In this document: in pieces, positions 19,999 through 29,208 of the stretch | How the letters are laid out: every line of letters starts with the position of its first letter | Numbering within the stretch: position 1 is the stretch's first letter | Assembly (NCBI GenBank): GCA_964291265.2 | Contig: OZ219747.1 | Span: 192,001 to 256,000 of the forward strand | Direction: 5' to 3' | Source: Alphaproteobacteria bacterium | GTDB lineage: Bacteria > Pseudomonadota > Alphaproteobacteria > SP197 | DNA: 64,000 bases | Position numbers and translations under genes: made by a program | The notes under the pieces: generated by a model | The model's database searches: none | Told to the model about the DNA's origin: nothing | Seen by the model: only the letters and a program-made list of their open reading frames with translations

Positions 19999-20973
19999 CT
20001 ATCCCGGCAGCCATTCGGGCAGCGCGGCACGCAGAGGGCGGATGTACTCCAGTTCGATCCCGCAACACCCGCCGATCACCTGTACGCCTCGCGAGACCCA
20101 GCGCTCGGCCCGCGCCACGAACTCATCGGGCGTTATCCTGGTCTCGACGGAGTCGTTTCGGTGGGCGTCGACATAGTCCGTTCGCTCCGCTTCCGGGTAG
20201 ACACAGATCGGGCCATTCCAGTGCGCCCTGACCGCGTCAATTGCTGCTTCGGTGGCGTCCACCGGCGAGTGGAACACGGCGACGACCTCGCCTCCGAGAG
20301 CGGCGAGTGAGGCGAACTCGGCGTCGAAGGCCTCGGCGGACATGTAGCCCACCTTGAGAGCGCCGTCGGCGGAATCCTTGCGGCACTTGAAGCCGGACCA
20401 CACGGGAAGACCCGTGGCCAGGCATTCCTCGATGACCCAGCGGCGCTGCACGGTGCTGCCGGTCGATTCGGCGATCAGGAAGTCCACTCCGGCCTCGGCA
20501 AGGATCTCCGCCTGCTCGCGGAGATTGGTGCGGGCCTGGGCATCGCTCGTCTCCTGGCGTCCACGGAAGTACTCGAAGTCCTGCCAACCCGGCTCCGCGC
20601 CGGCCATGAGCCCATAGCTCGAGACCGAGCCGCCGATCCACACTTCTCTCTCCTTCGCCCGGCCGTCGCGGGCGTCCTGGGCCAGCATGACGGCGCGCAG
20701 GTTGAGCTCGTGCACCTTGTCCCCCAGACCGATTGGCAGGAGGTTGTGCCTGGCGCTGGAGTAGGTGTTGGTGGTGATGACGTCGACGCCGGCCTCTATG
20801 TAGAGCTCATGCATGCGCCGCACCGTGAACGGATGGGACTCCAGCGCGATAGCCGCCCACGCATCATGGCTCATGGGCACCTCCATCCTCTGGAGCTGGG
20901 TGCCAATGGCCCCGTCGAGAATGATGACCTCGCGCCCCTCGATCCGTGCCCTCAGGCCCGCGTACTCGCTCAT
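19999..20973 (-). CDS. Homocysteine S-methyltransferase family protein
   Basis: ILDGAIGTQL; AGVDVITTNTYS; IGGCCG. SD GGAGGA. Confidence 0.9.
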   Translation of the reverse strand: MSEYAGLRARIEGREVIILDGAIGTQLQRMEVPMSHDAWAAIALESHPFTVRRMHELYIEAGVDVITTNTYSSARHNLLPIGLGDKVHELNLRAVMLAQDARDGRAKEREVWIGGSVSSYGLMAGAEPGWQDFEYFRGRQETSDAQARTNLREQAEILAEAGVDFLIAESTGSTVQRRWVIEECLATGLPVWSGFKCRKDSADGALKVGYMSAEAFDAEFASLAALGGEVVAVFHSPVDATEAAIDAVRAHWNGPICVYPEAERTDYVDAHRNDSVETRITPDEFVARAERWVSRGVQVIGGCCGIELEYIRPLRAALPEWLPG

Positions 20974-21229
20974 CGGTTGAATCCTCCCAGACCTTGACCG
21001 ACCCGTCGAAAACTCACGGTTCGCATTTCAAGCCGGAATCAGGTCTCCCGCAACAGGACGAGGCCTTCCGGTGACGCGATTCTATCATGATGTCGATTGC
21101 ACGGGACATTCCCTCGAGTTCCTGCTGTCGCAGCCGGCCGGTCTACGCTTGCTGCCCCCTTTGCCGGCCGTGGCTGCGGTGGCTGCGTGGTGCCGGGTAG
21201 ACGGCGGCCCTGCGACGCCCCGCCGCCCG

Positions 21230-21976
21230 GTCGCGGCAGGAATGCGCATTGCTGCGCAACCCCCCGCACAGAGCCGGACTTGGACGTTCATCCATCCGGC
21301 TCCTGTCTCGGGTGCTTGACGGCAAACCTCTGGTCCGACCACGGGTGGCGGATGGATAGGCACGGCCAAGGAAGATCGGTCATGCGCACCCAATCGCTTG
21401 CAGTCGAAACGGTGGTGCCGGGAGCGGCGGCGTATCGCCCGCAACCACAGGCGTTGCAGCCTGCGGCAGAACGTGCTCAGCCATCGGGCCGACGCCTTGG
21501 ACGGCGATGTCGTTGAGCCAGCCTTGACAGACCCGCTCAAGCCACATGCCGACCTCAGGATGTCGTGATGCCAGCGTTTGCGAAGCACCTCCTCGATGCG
21601 CGCCAGGGTTCCTTGGGACCAAGCCCGAAGCGTCCTCTCCGGGTCTCCGCGATGGTCATGTCCGGACTGTCCCCGGGGAATCTTGAAGCCGTGACGGGGC
21701 CGCCGAGGGGCCAAGGGCGCATACGGAACGGTTGGGAAAGTCCGGCGCAGGGCGCAACATGCGCCTCAAGCAGCATCGCCTCCGCAAGCGTCGGCAGAAC
21801 CCTGCGCACCGACGCAAGGCACGGTGTGCCGCCGCCACCGTGCCAGTGTTCACGCTCGCACGGTTCGCAAGCGCCGTCTGCGTCAGGCTCCCGTCCCTGG
21901 CAGGCCGTGGCGAACCACTCCACCGTCCCCGAAGAAGACTGACGCATGCCGATCCGCATGGGCGCGTGAGTCGCAC
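21230..21976 (-). mobile_element. Internally deleted group II intron: 5' GTGCG, frameshifted maturase/X remnant, domains V and VI
   Basis: DV GAGCCGGATGGATGAACGTCCAAGTCCGGCTC; DVI GTGCGGGGGGTTGCGCAGCAATGCGCATTCCTGCCGCGAC; X-domain peptides TRRGRFGLG, LARIEEVLRKRWHHD and LWLRAIRRRSR. The 5' boundary is less certain than the 3' boundary. Confidence 0.85.
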
Positions 21977-22091
21977 GGAATCAGGTGCGAGTTGAGTACG
22001 TGTTGTTGATGGGCCCGGAAGTGTGGCCTTCTGCGGGGAAGTGGACTAAACAGAACGGAACCTGACAAGACCTGCCAACGAGGATCCCGTC

Positions 22092-23480
22092 ATGACCGTC
22101 ATCCCGAACTCTCCTCACGCCCGCGATGCCGCCACCCTCATCCACCCCTATTCCAATCTCGTGGCACATGAGAAGGAAGGCCCGCTCATCATCGAAAAGG
22201 GCAACGGCGTCCATGTCGAGGATCTCGAAGGCAATACCTACATCGAGGGACTCGCCGGTCTGTGGTGCACGTCACTCGGTTTCAACAACGAACGCCTGGT
22301 GCAGGCCGCGGCCGCACAGATGCGCAAGCTCCCCTACTACCACGCCTTCTTCCACCGCTCCTCGATGCCGTCCATCGAACTGGCCGAACGCCTGATCGAC
22401 ATGTCACCGGCACCGATGGCGCGTGTCTGGTTCGCCAACTCCGGTTCCGAGGCCAACGACCATGCGGTGAAGTTCGTCTGGTACTACAACAACGCCCGCG
22501 GCAAGCCCGAAAAGAAGAAGATCATCGCCCGCCTCGGCGGTTATCACGGTATCTGCGTGTCGTCGGGCAGCCTTACCGGCATTCCGCTGATGCACCAGGG
22601 CTTCGATCTGCCGATCGCCAACATCATGCACACCGGGTCGCCGCACTGGTACCACGAAGGCCTGGAAGGTGAATCGGAAGAGGATTTCGCGACCCGAAGG
22701 GCCGGGGAACTCGAACAGATGATCCTCGCCGAGGGGCCCGAGACGGTGGCCGCCTTCATCGCCGAGCCTGTCATGGGTGCGGGCGGTGTCATCGTGCCGC
22801 CCGCCGGCTACTTCGAGAAGATCCAGGCCGTCCTGGCGAAGTACGACGTGCTGATGATAGCCGACGAGGTGATCTGCGGTTTCCACCGCACCGGTCAGCT
22901 GTTCGGTTCCAACACCTACGGCATCAAGCCGGACATCATGGTCGTGGCCAAGCAGCTCTCATCGGCCTACCTGCCGATCAGCGCGGTGATCGTGAACGAG
23001 AAGGTCTATGGACCGATACGTGACTTCTCCGACGAAAACGGCGTGTTGGCGACAGGCTTCACCTATTCAGGCCATCCCGTTCCGGCGGCGGTTGCCGTGG
23101 AGACCCTCAAGATCTACGACGAAATCAACATTGCCGACCATGTGGCCAGGATGGCGCCGGTGATGCAGGAGCGACTCATGGCCCTCGGCGATCACCCGAT
23201 CGTCGGCGAAGCGAGGGGAGTCGGCCTCATCGGCGCGGTGGAGCTCGTCAGGGACAAGGGGTCCCGGGAGAACTTCCCGCCCGCCATTGCCAGCTACTGT
23301 GGCGAACGGTGCCTCGCGCATCGCCTCATCGTGCGGGCGGCCGGGGGACATTCTGTCGCGGTCTGTCCTCCCCTCATCATCGAGGAAGAGCAGATTCACC
23401 AGATCTTCGATCGCTTGAAGGCGGCACTCGACGACACCCTGGAGCACGTCCGCCAGGAGAGCCTGCTCGACGCGGCCTGA
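22092..23480 (+). CDS. Class III (omega-amino acid/polyamine) aminotransferase
   Basis: GLAGLWC; SGSEAND; FIAEPVMGAGG; ADEVICGF; AKQLSSAYLP. Confidence 0.93.
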   Translation: MTVIPNSPHARDAATLIHPYSNLVAHEKEGPLIIEKGNGVHVEDLEGNTYIEGLAGLWCTSLGFNNERLVQAAAAQMRKLPYYHAFFHRSSMPSIELAERLIDMSPAPMARVWFANSGSEANDHAVKFVWYYNNARGKPEKKKIIARLGGYHGICVSSGSLTGIPLMHQGFDLPIANIMHTGSPHWYHEGLEGESEEDFATRRAGELEQMILAEGPETVAAFIAEPVMGAGGVIVPPAGYFEKIQAVLAKYDVLMIADEVICGFHRTGQLFGSNTYGIKPDIMVVAKQLSSAYLPISAVIVNEKVYGPIRDFSDENGVLATGFTYSGHPVPAAVAVETLKIYDEINIADHVARMAPVMQERLMALGDHPIVGEARGVGLIGAVELVRDKGSRENFPPAIASYCGERCLAHRLIVRAAGGHSVAVCPPLIIEEEQIHQIFDRLKAALDDTLEHVRQESLLDAA

Positions 23481-23496
23481 TCACCTGTCACGGGCG

Positions 23497-24621
23497 TCAG
23501 CTCAGTCTTGAAGGCGACAGGGTTTCGGAGTTCAGACCTGCGTCGAGGAGATCCTTTGGCAGGCTGTTGCCGAGGATGACGGAAGCGGCGTAGGCGGAAA
23601 GTCCCGTGGACGTCTGGATTCCGGCGCCTCCCTGGCCGACATTCCAGAAGAATCCCCCACAAGAAGGATCGAAACCTGTCACCGGCAGCCTGTCCGGGAC
23701 AAAACTGCGCAATCCTGCCCATCGGCTTTCCATGCGGCGGATGTCGAGTGTCGTCCACTTCATGATCCGGTGGGCGGCAAGGGCGAGGTCCAATTCCTCG
23801 GGTGCAGCATCGCAGGGTTCACTTGGCTGTTCATCGGCCAGGGAACCGAGAATCAGCCCGGCCTCCGGCTTGAAGTAGAAGCTCTCGCCATCATCCGCCA
23901 CCAACGGCCAGGAGCCATGGTTCATGCCGTGCGGTCCCCGGAACGTGAAGGCGGTGCGGCGCATGGGTACAAGGCCGACCGGCGCTGCTCCGGCCATGCG
24001 ACCGACGATGTCACCCCAGGCACCGGCGCAATTGGCCACGACGGACGCCTCGAGGGTCTTTCCGGGCACCGTCACGTGCCAGGCCCCGCTGCGGTGTTCC
24101 ATCTCCGTGACCGGCGCATTGAGAAGCATGGTGGCACCGGACGCTCGCGCCGCCCGGAGATAGGCGCCGTGAATGGCATGGACGTCGATGTCGCCGGCGG
24201 CGGGTTCCCAAAGCCCCGATTCGATCTTCTCCGGCTTGAGAACCGGACACCGTTCGAGGCACCCGTCGCGATCGAGTTCGAAGATCTGGTGCCCGATGAC
24301 ATGACTCAATCCGTGACGCGTGAACGACGCTTCCCGGGTTCCGGTCCCGAAGAGAAGGAGAACGGGACGCTTCCTGATCAGGGGCACGTCGGTGAACCCT
24401 GACGGCGGATTCTCGAGAAAGGGTCTGGTGGCGGCGCTGAGGGCCTGCACCACCGCGCCACCGATCGCATCGGTGTAGTGGGCCGCCGATCGTCCTGTGC
24501 TGTGATAGCCCGGCTGGTCTTCCGCCTCGACGATGACCACCCTGCAGGATGGCGCCAGACGCCAGGCAAGCGACGCTCCCACCACGCCTGCGCCTATGAT
24601 GATGACATCATACACGGCCAT
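23497..24621 (-). CDS. FAD-dependent oxidoreductase, D-amino acid oxidase / DauA-like
   Basis: IIGAGVVG; GYHSTGRSAA; WAGLRSFVPD; GQGGAGIQTS. Confidence 0.88.
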   Translation of the reverse strand: MAVYDVIIIGAGVVGASLAWRLAPSCRVVIVEAEDQPGYHSTGRSAAHYTDAIGGAVVQALSAATRPFLENPPSGFTDVPLIRKRPVLLLFGTGTREASFTRHGLSHVIGHQIFELDRDGCLERCPVLKPEKIESGLWEPAAGDIDVHAIHGAYLRAARASGATMLLNAPVTEMEHRSGAWHVTVPGKTLEASVVANCAGAWGDIVGRMAGAAPVGLVPMRRTAFTFRGPHGMNHGSWPLVADDGESFYFKPEAGLILGSLADEQPSEPCDAAPEELDLALAAHRIMKWTTLDIRRMESRWAGLRSFVPDRLPVTGFDPSCGGFFWNVGQGGAGIQTSTGLSAYAASVILGNSLPKDLLDAGLNSETLSPSRLS

Positions 24622-24644
24622 GGTTCCCGATTGATCCGGCAGAA

Positions 24645-24719
24645 TGGTGCCGAAGGGGAGATTCGAACTCCCGACCTACTGATTACGAATCAGTTGCTCT
24701 GCCACTGAGCTACTTCGGC
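24645..24719 (-). tRNA. tRNA-Thr (anticodon CGT)
   Basis: GCCGAAGTAGCTCAGTGGCAGAGCAACTGATTCGTAATCAGTAGGTCGGGAGTTCGAATCTCCCCTTCGGCACCA folds as a cloverleaf with encoded CCA. Confidence 0.97.
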
Positions 24720-24742
24720 TGGGTCACCCGGTCAGGGCGGGG

Positions 24743-24772
24743 AACCTAGTCACAAGCCGCCACCAGGGTCAA
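24743..24772 (-). promoter_or_regulatory. Putative sigma70 promoter of tRNA-Thr
   Basis: TTGACC-N18-TAGGTT followed by a GC-rich stretch, just upstream of the tRNA. Confidence 0.65.
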
Positions 24773-24782
24773 TGCCGCAAGT

Positions 24783-26129
24783 TCACGACAGCGTGCCGGT
24801 TTCCGCCGGTCCCGGTGATGTCAGGACCGAGGAGCCGGTCACCTTCACGGTGCCCGGACTGCGCCAGACCATGGAGTCGAAGCGCCCGCAACCTTCACAG
24901 ACAGCATGCCATGTCCTGATGACATGACCACAACCGCTGCATTGCCAGGCCCTGTCCGGACTCGCTTGGATCATGCTCGCCTGCCATTTCGCGGCCTCCT
25001 CGGTGTTCTCCTCGCCGGTCTCGAGGTCGACCCACAGGCGGATCTCCCGGGGTGCCAGGTCCGTCGTGCCGATGGCGTTGAGATGGCGTCGCATCTCTCC
25101 TGTCAGCTTCGATTCATGCGCCATCCGCGCCGCAGCCACATGAGCCTCCCGGTCATCCTCGTTGAGGTGGAGCAGACGTTCCATGCGACGATAGCGGTTG
25201 GCCCCATCGGCACTCCAGGCCTCGATGTAGAGATCGGCGAGATCCGGATGCGGCGCCATCTTCCAGGTCTTCTCGACGACACGGACGGCCTGGGCTCCCT
25301 TTCCGGAGTCGATGAGAAGGCGGGCGAGGATGCAGCTCGCAGGCACCAGATCCGGCGCCTCGCCGTGGGCTGTGCGGGCAAGCTTGAGAGCCTCTTCGCG
25401 ACGCCCTTCCCCGTAGGCCCTCACCGCTTCCTCAACCAGCAGGACGGCATGGCGCCGCCGTCCCGGACCGGCCTCGACGACCTTGCGATCGCGTGCGGAC
25501 TTCAGGGTCTGGCGGGCCGCGGTCCAGTCCCCTGCCCGTGTCTGCAATTCGAAGACGGCCTCAGCTGCCCAGGCAGCGTCAGGTCTGAGAGCATGGGCCT
25601 TGCGCGCATACCCTGCAGCAGCCTCGTGATCACCTTTCCTCAGGGCCGCCGCCATCAGGCCGCGAAGACCCAGAAACTCCGTCTCCGGACGCTCCAGCAT
25701 GGCACGAAAGCGCCGGTCCGCCTCCTTGTCATCCCCATCGAGCTGGGCGGCCTGGGCCGTCAGAAGCAGGGTGAGTGGTGGGCGATCGAGCAGCCTGTCG
25801 GCTCGCATCGCATGGGCCCGGGCGCCCGGGGCGTCGCCGGCTGCAACAGCCACAAGCCCCGCCGTCAGCGCCCGCCAGCCCTTTTCCTTTCGGCGGTCGC
25901 CCAGGGCAAGGCGGATACGGCGCGGTCCGCGCCAGATCCACTGGAGAAGGAGCACCGCCAGCACGGACACGAAGACGAGGACAAGGATGCCGAGAATCAG
26001 GATCGGCGTCTCGGTCGTCACTTCCCAGACATCCCAGACGAAGGTGACCCTGCCCCCGCGATCGGCAATCCACACGATGCCGCCGATCACCGCGGCCATG
26101 ACGATGACGCAGAAGAGGAGGGCGATCAT
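24783..26129 (-). CDS. HemY_N/TPR membrane protein (alphaproteobacterial HemY-like, Orf52)
   Basis: Two N-terminal TM helices; LTAGLVAVAAGD; LLLTAQAAQL; PETEFLGLRGL; C-terminal CxxC...CxxC. Confidence 0.88.
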   Translation of the reverse strand: MIALLFCVIVMAAVIGGIVWIADRGGRVTFVWDVWEVTTETPILILGILVLVFVSVLAVLLLQWIWRGPRRIRLALGDRRKEKGWRALTAGLVAVAAGDAPGARAHAMRADRLLDRPPLTLLLTAQAAQLDGDDKEADRRFRAMLERPETEFLGLRGLMAAALRKGDHEAAAGYARKAHALRPDAAWAAEAVFELQTRAGDWTAARQTLKSARDRKVVEAGPGRRRHAVLLVEEAVRAYGEGRREEALKLARTAHGEAPDLVPASCILARLLIDSGKGAQAVRVVEKTWKMAPHPDLADLYIEAWSADGANRYRRMERLLHLNEDDREAHVAAARMAHESKLTGEMRRHLNAIGTTDLAPREIRLWVDLETGEENTEEAAKWQASMIQASPDRAWQCSGCGHVIRTWHAVCEGCGRFDSMVWRSPGTVKVTGSSVLTSPGPAETGTLS

Positions 26130-27199
26130 GGTTGCACGATGCCGGCGACGGCCCGCGCATGGAGGCGACCGAGGGCGGCATCGGCCTCGATGCGCGCCCT
26201 CGCCTCACCGGCCCATTGCGCCATGATCCCGGCAGACCGGGCGGGAAGGGAATCGATCTCCCGCAACGCCTCTTCAAGGTCTCCTGCGGCCACCGCCGCC
26301 TCGATCCTGCGGATCGTTGCCTGACTGCCGGTGCCGGCCGTCTCGCCGTCGATCCGCCTGACGGTAACGAGACTCCCGATATGGGCCAGGGTTTCGTCGA
26401 GCCACCCGCTGGCCGCCGCCACGCTGGCAGCATTGCGGGCGTCCGCAATCGCGTGACCGAGAGACGCCTCGAGTGTGTGTTGCGGGGGAATTCCTGTACC
26501 GGCATGACGGGCCAGGATGTCGAGGTCTGCTTCGACATCGGGGTCACTCCCTTCGAGAGCGACGACGGTTTCGTGTTCCGCAGCGAACGGCCGGCCGCTG
26601 TCGACGGCGTCCCGCAGTTGGCCAAGGACGACGACGAACGCCGCACCGTCGTCATCGGACCGGGCAGCAAGGGTGTCCAGCATCTCGCGAAGGTTCGCCA
26701 CATCCCGACGAAGCGCCTCAATCAGGCGGGCTCGTTCCCTGCCCGCGACATCGGGAGACTGAGCGTTCCTGTGCGAAGCGACCGGGGGCGGTGCATCGTT
26801 CAGGAGCTCATCGATGCGATCGACGCGTCGGACAAGCTCCGCCAGGCCCGTCTCCAGTCCGGTGCGTACATCGCCTTCAGCGGCGAGCGACGCCTCCGCC
26901 GCATCAAGGCGTTCCGCGAGACGCGTCACGGTGAAGACGATCTCTGTCTCGTCATCCTCCGCAGGGAGGTCAAGCACCCGTTCCTCGAGTTCGGCAAGGC
27001 GCGCCGTGGTATCGCGCATCCCTGACCACAGCCAGCCCAGACCGGCGACAGGAGCCGCCAGTGCCAGGACGAGAACCCCTGATGCCGACCATCCAGAGTA
27101 CCTTGCCAGAAACCGCCTCTCGGCGTGCTCCGGTCTCCTGGTCCCGGGGGCCTCGGTGGCGCCTTCTTTTGCCGGTTTGATGCTCTCGTCAGACGTCAT
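26126..27199 (-). CDS. COG4223 / mitofilin (alphaMic60) family protein
   Basis: TM helix, coiled coil, then LRDAVDSGRPFAAE, SLVTVRR, AGDLEEAL. Located between hemD and the hemY-like gene. Confidence 0.8.
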   Translation of the reverse strand: MTSDESIKPAKEGATEAPGTRRPEHAERRFLARYSGWSASGVLVLALAAPVAGLGWLWSGMRDTTARLAELEERVLDLPAEDDETEIVFTVTRLAERLDAAEASLAAEGDVRTGLETGLAELVRRVDRIDELLNDAPPPVASHRNAQSPDVAGRERARLIEALRRDVANLREMLDTLAARSDDDGAAFVVVLGQLRDAVDSGRPFAAEHETVVALEGSDPDVEADLDILARHAGTGIPPQHTLEASLGHAIADARNAASVAAASGWLDETLAHIGSLVTVRRIDGETAGTGSQATIRRIEAAVAAGDLEEALREIDSLPARSAGIMAQWAGEARARIEADAALGRLHARAVAGIVQP

Positions 27200-27915
27200 G
27201 AATGGTCTCCGGCAAGGACGATGCACCCGGCAAGACTCTCTGCATCCCCGCGAGGGGCCACGACAAGATCCTTCCAGCCCGATCCCTCGAGGACCCTCGC
27301 GACAGCGTCGCTCAGACAGAACCCGATGAGCGACTGCAGGCACGTTTCGGCACCCGCCTCGCGGACGAGCCTCATGAAGACTGCGGCCGTTCGCGGCGAA
27401 AAATGGGCCACGCCCAGAAGATGGCCTCCCCGCAAGGCGGTCAGGGCCGCCTGTGGAAGGCCCCTGACAGCGTCCGCATGATAGCCGACCACTCGTTCGA
27501 CGACGAATCCGTCTTCCGCCAGGAGACTCGCCAGGTCGCCGGCGATTCTCGAACCGGACATATGAATCAGCCGCCCGGCTCCGGGATCGAGGTGCCGGCG
27601 GACGAGGAGCGCAAGGCCCTCCAGGTTGCCTCCGGCAGCGCGGACTCCGGCAAAGCCGTGCTCCCGTGCCCGGGCTGCCGAGACCGTGCCGACGGCGAGC
27701 ACCGGAACCGACCGGTTGGCCGTGGCCCGTGCGAGGGCGTCGACGCCATTGGCGCTTGTCACCACACACCCCTGGACACCGTCAAGGTCGCCAAGCGTGA
27801 CGGTGACTTCGGCGATCGTCAGCAACGGAGCCATGAGGCTGTCGATGCCGCGCCGCCGGAGAATGGCCGCAAAGGCAAGGGAGTCCCTCTTCGGCCTTGT
27901 CACGAGAACGGTCAC
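27196..27915 (-). CDS. hemD: Uroporphyrinogen-III synthase
   Basis: VLVTRP; VTSANGV; AVGTVSA; FSPRTA; CLSDAVA. Confidence 0.92.
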   Translation of the reverse strand: MTVLVTRPKRDSLAFAAILRRRGIDSLMAPLLTIAEVTVTLGDLDGVQGCVVTSANGVDALARATANRSVPVLAVGTVSAARAREHGFAGVRAAGGNLEGLALLVRRHLDPGAGRLIHMSGSRIAGDLASLLAEDGFVVERVVGYHADAVRGLPQAALTALRGGHLLGVAHFSPRTAAVFMRLVREAGAETCLQSLIGFCLSDAVARVLEGSGWKDLVVAPRGDAESLAGCIVLAGDHS

Positions 27916-28829
27916 GGAATCCGGCTTCCGTAAAGATCCTTGCCGGCCCGGCTCAGGATCCTCTCGCCAACCGCCCTGCCCACGGCCCCTGCTTCCGCGC
28001 CCTTCTCTTCGCTCATCGTCCACCGGCTGCCATCGTCCGACAGAACCTGGGCTCGAACGCGCACGCTGCCGCCGGATCGCGTGGCCAAGGCGGCGACGGG
28101 GGTCCGGCACGATCCATCGAGGACCTCGAGGACAGCGCGTTCCGCGGCGACACATTGCCTGGTGGGCGCATCATCGATGGTCCCGAGCAGGGCCAGGATA
28201 CCGGACTCCCCGGCACGGCATGTCACGCCGATGGCGCCCTGTCCGGCGGCAGGGAGCATGTCGTCGGGATCGAGGAGTGCCGTCGCCTCGTGGAGAAGGC
28301 CCAGACGTTCCAGCCCGGCTGCCGCCAGCAAGGTCGCTGCAGCCTTTCCCTCATGCAAACGGGCAAGGCGCGTGTCGACGTTGCCTCGCCAGGTCACGAT
28401 CTCGAGATCGGGCCGAAGGCTGAGGAGCTGCGCCCGGCGGCGTATCGACGACGTGCCTACCCGGGCCCCCCTGGGAAGGTCGCCGATCGAGGCGGCAACG
28501 GTCGAGATGAAGGCGTCACGAGGGTCGGCGCGGGGCAGGATGGACCCCAGCACCACCTCCGCGGTGACGGCGGTTTCAACGTCCTTCATGGAATGAACGG
28601 CAAGATCGGCGTTGCCCCGGACAACGACACGGTCGATTTCCGCGGTGAAGACACCCTTGCCCCCGACCTCGGCGATAGGACGGTCCCGGACCCGATCGCC
28701 CGTGGTGCGCACGATCACCAATTCCGGCTTGTCGAGATCTGGATGACGCATCATCAGGATCTCGCGGACAAGATTCGCCTGGACTCGTGCCAACCGGCTT
28801 CCCCGTGTGGCGATTCTCAAGGGTTTCAC
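27912..28829 (-). CDS. hemC: Hydroxymethylbilane synthase
   Basis: LRIATRGSRLA; GGKGVFT; AVHSMKD; GTSSIRR; RGNVDTRL; LDGSCRTP. Confidence 0.96.
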   Translation of the reverse strand: MKPLRIATRGSRLARVQANLVREILMMRHPDLDKPELVIVRTTGDRVRDRPIAEVGGKGVFTAEIDRVVVRGNADLAVHSMKDVETAVTAEVVLGSILPRADPRDAFISTVAASIGDLPRGARVGTSSIRRRAQLLSLRPDLEIVTWRGNVDTRLARLHEGKAAATLLAAAGLERLGLLHEATALLDPDDMLPAAGQGAIGVTCRAGESGILALLGTIDDAPTRQCVAAERAVLEVLDGSCRTPVAALATRSGGSVRVRAQVLSDDGSRWTMSEEKGAEAGAVGRAVGERILSRAGKDLYGSRIP

Positions 28830-29208
28830 GTTCCGTTGTCTCTCAGGGAACCAGGATGTGAATGATGCCGGTGCGCTGCGATCACCCGCAACCCGTTGGT
28901 CGCCATTCCGCCATTGTCGTGCCAATGCACCCTGCGGTTGCCAAGTGGCGCTCGCTCCAGGGCACGCTGCCGACGTGATTGCGGGCATCGCGATCGCGGA
29001 GTCCTCCACCATGCCGAAGGCGGGACGTCCGGGCTCGCCCGTTCCCTGGCCATGAGTTCGCAGGCACCGTCCGCGCAACAACGAACCTTCCTCTCGAAGC
29101 GGATGACGTTCGCCGACCGAGACGACCTGCCATGACGCCACGATCGAGGCGCAGTCGGGCGGAGCATCGTTGGCGGAATGCCCCGTGATGCGACCCGGGC
29201 GTCGCTGG

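Noticed and set aside
21034-21986. 11-bp direct repeat CGGAATCAGGT on both sides of the intron region
   Set aside because: Too short, not at the intron 3' boundary, and group II introns make no target duplication.
24645-24719. tRNA-Thr as an island integration site
   Set aside because: I found no duplicate of its 3' end in the window and no adjacent integrase.
28830-29208. GHEFAGTV peptide suggesting a Zn alcohol dehydrogenase relic
   Set aside because: Single short motif with no supporting context.
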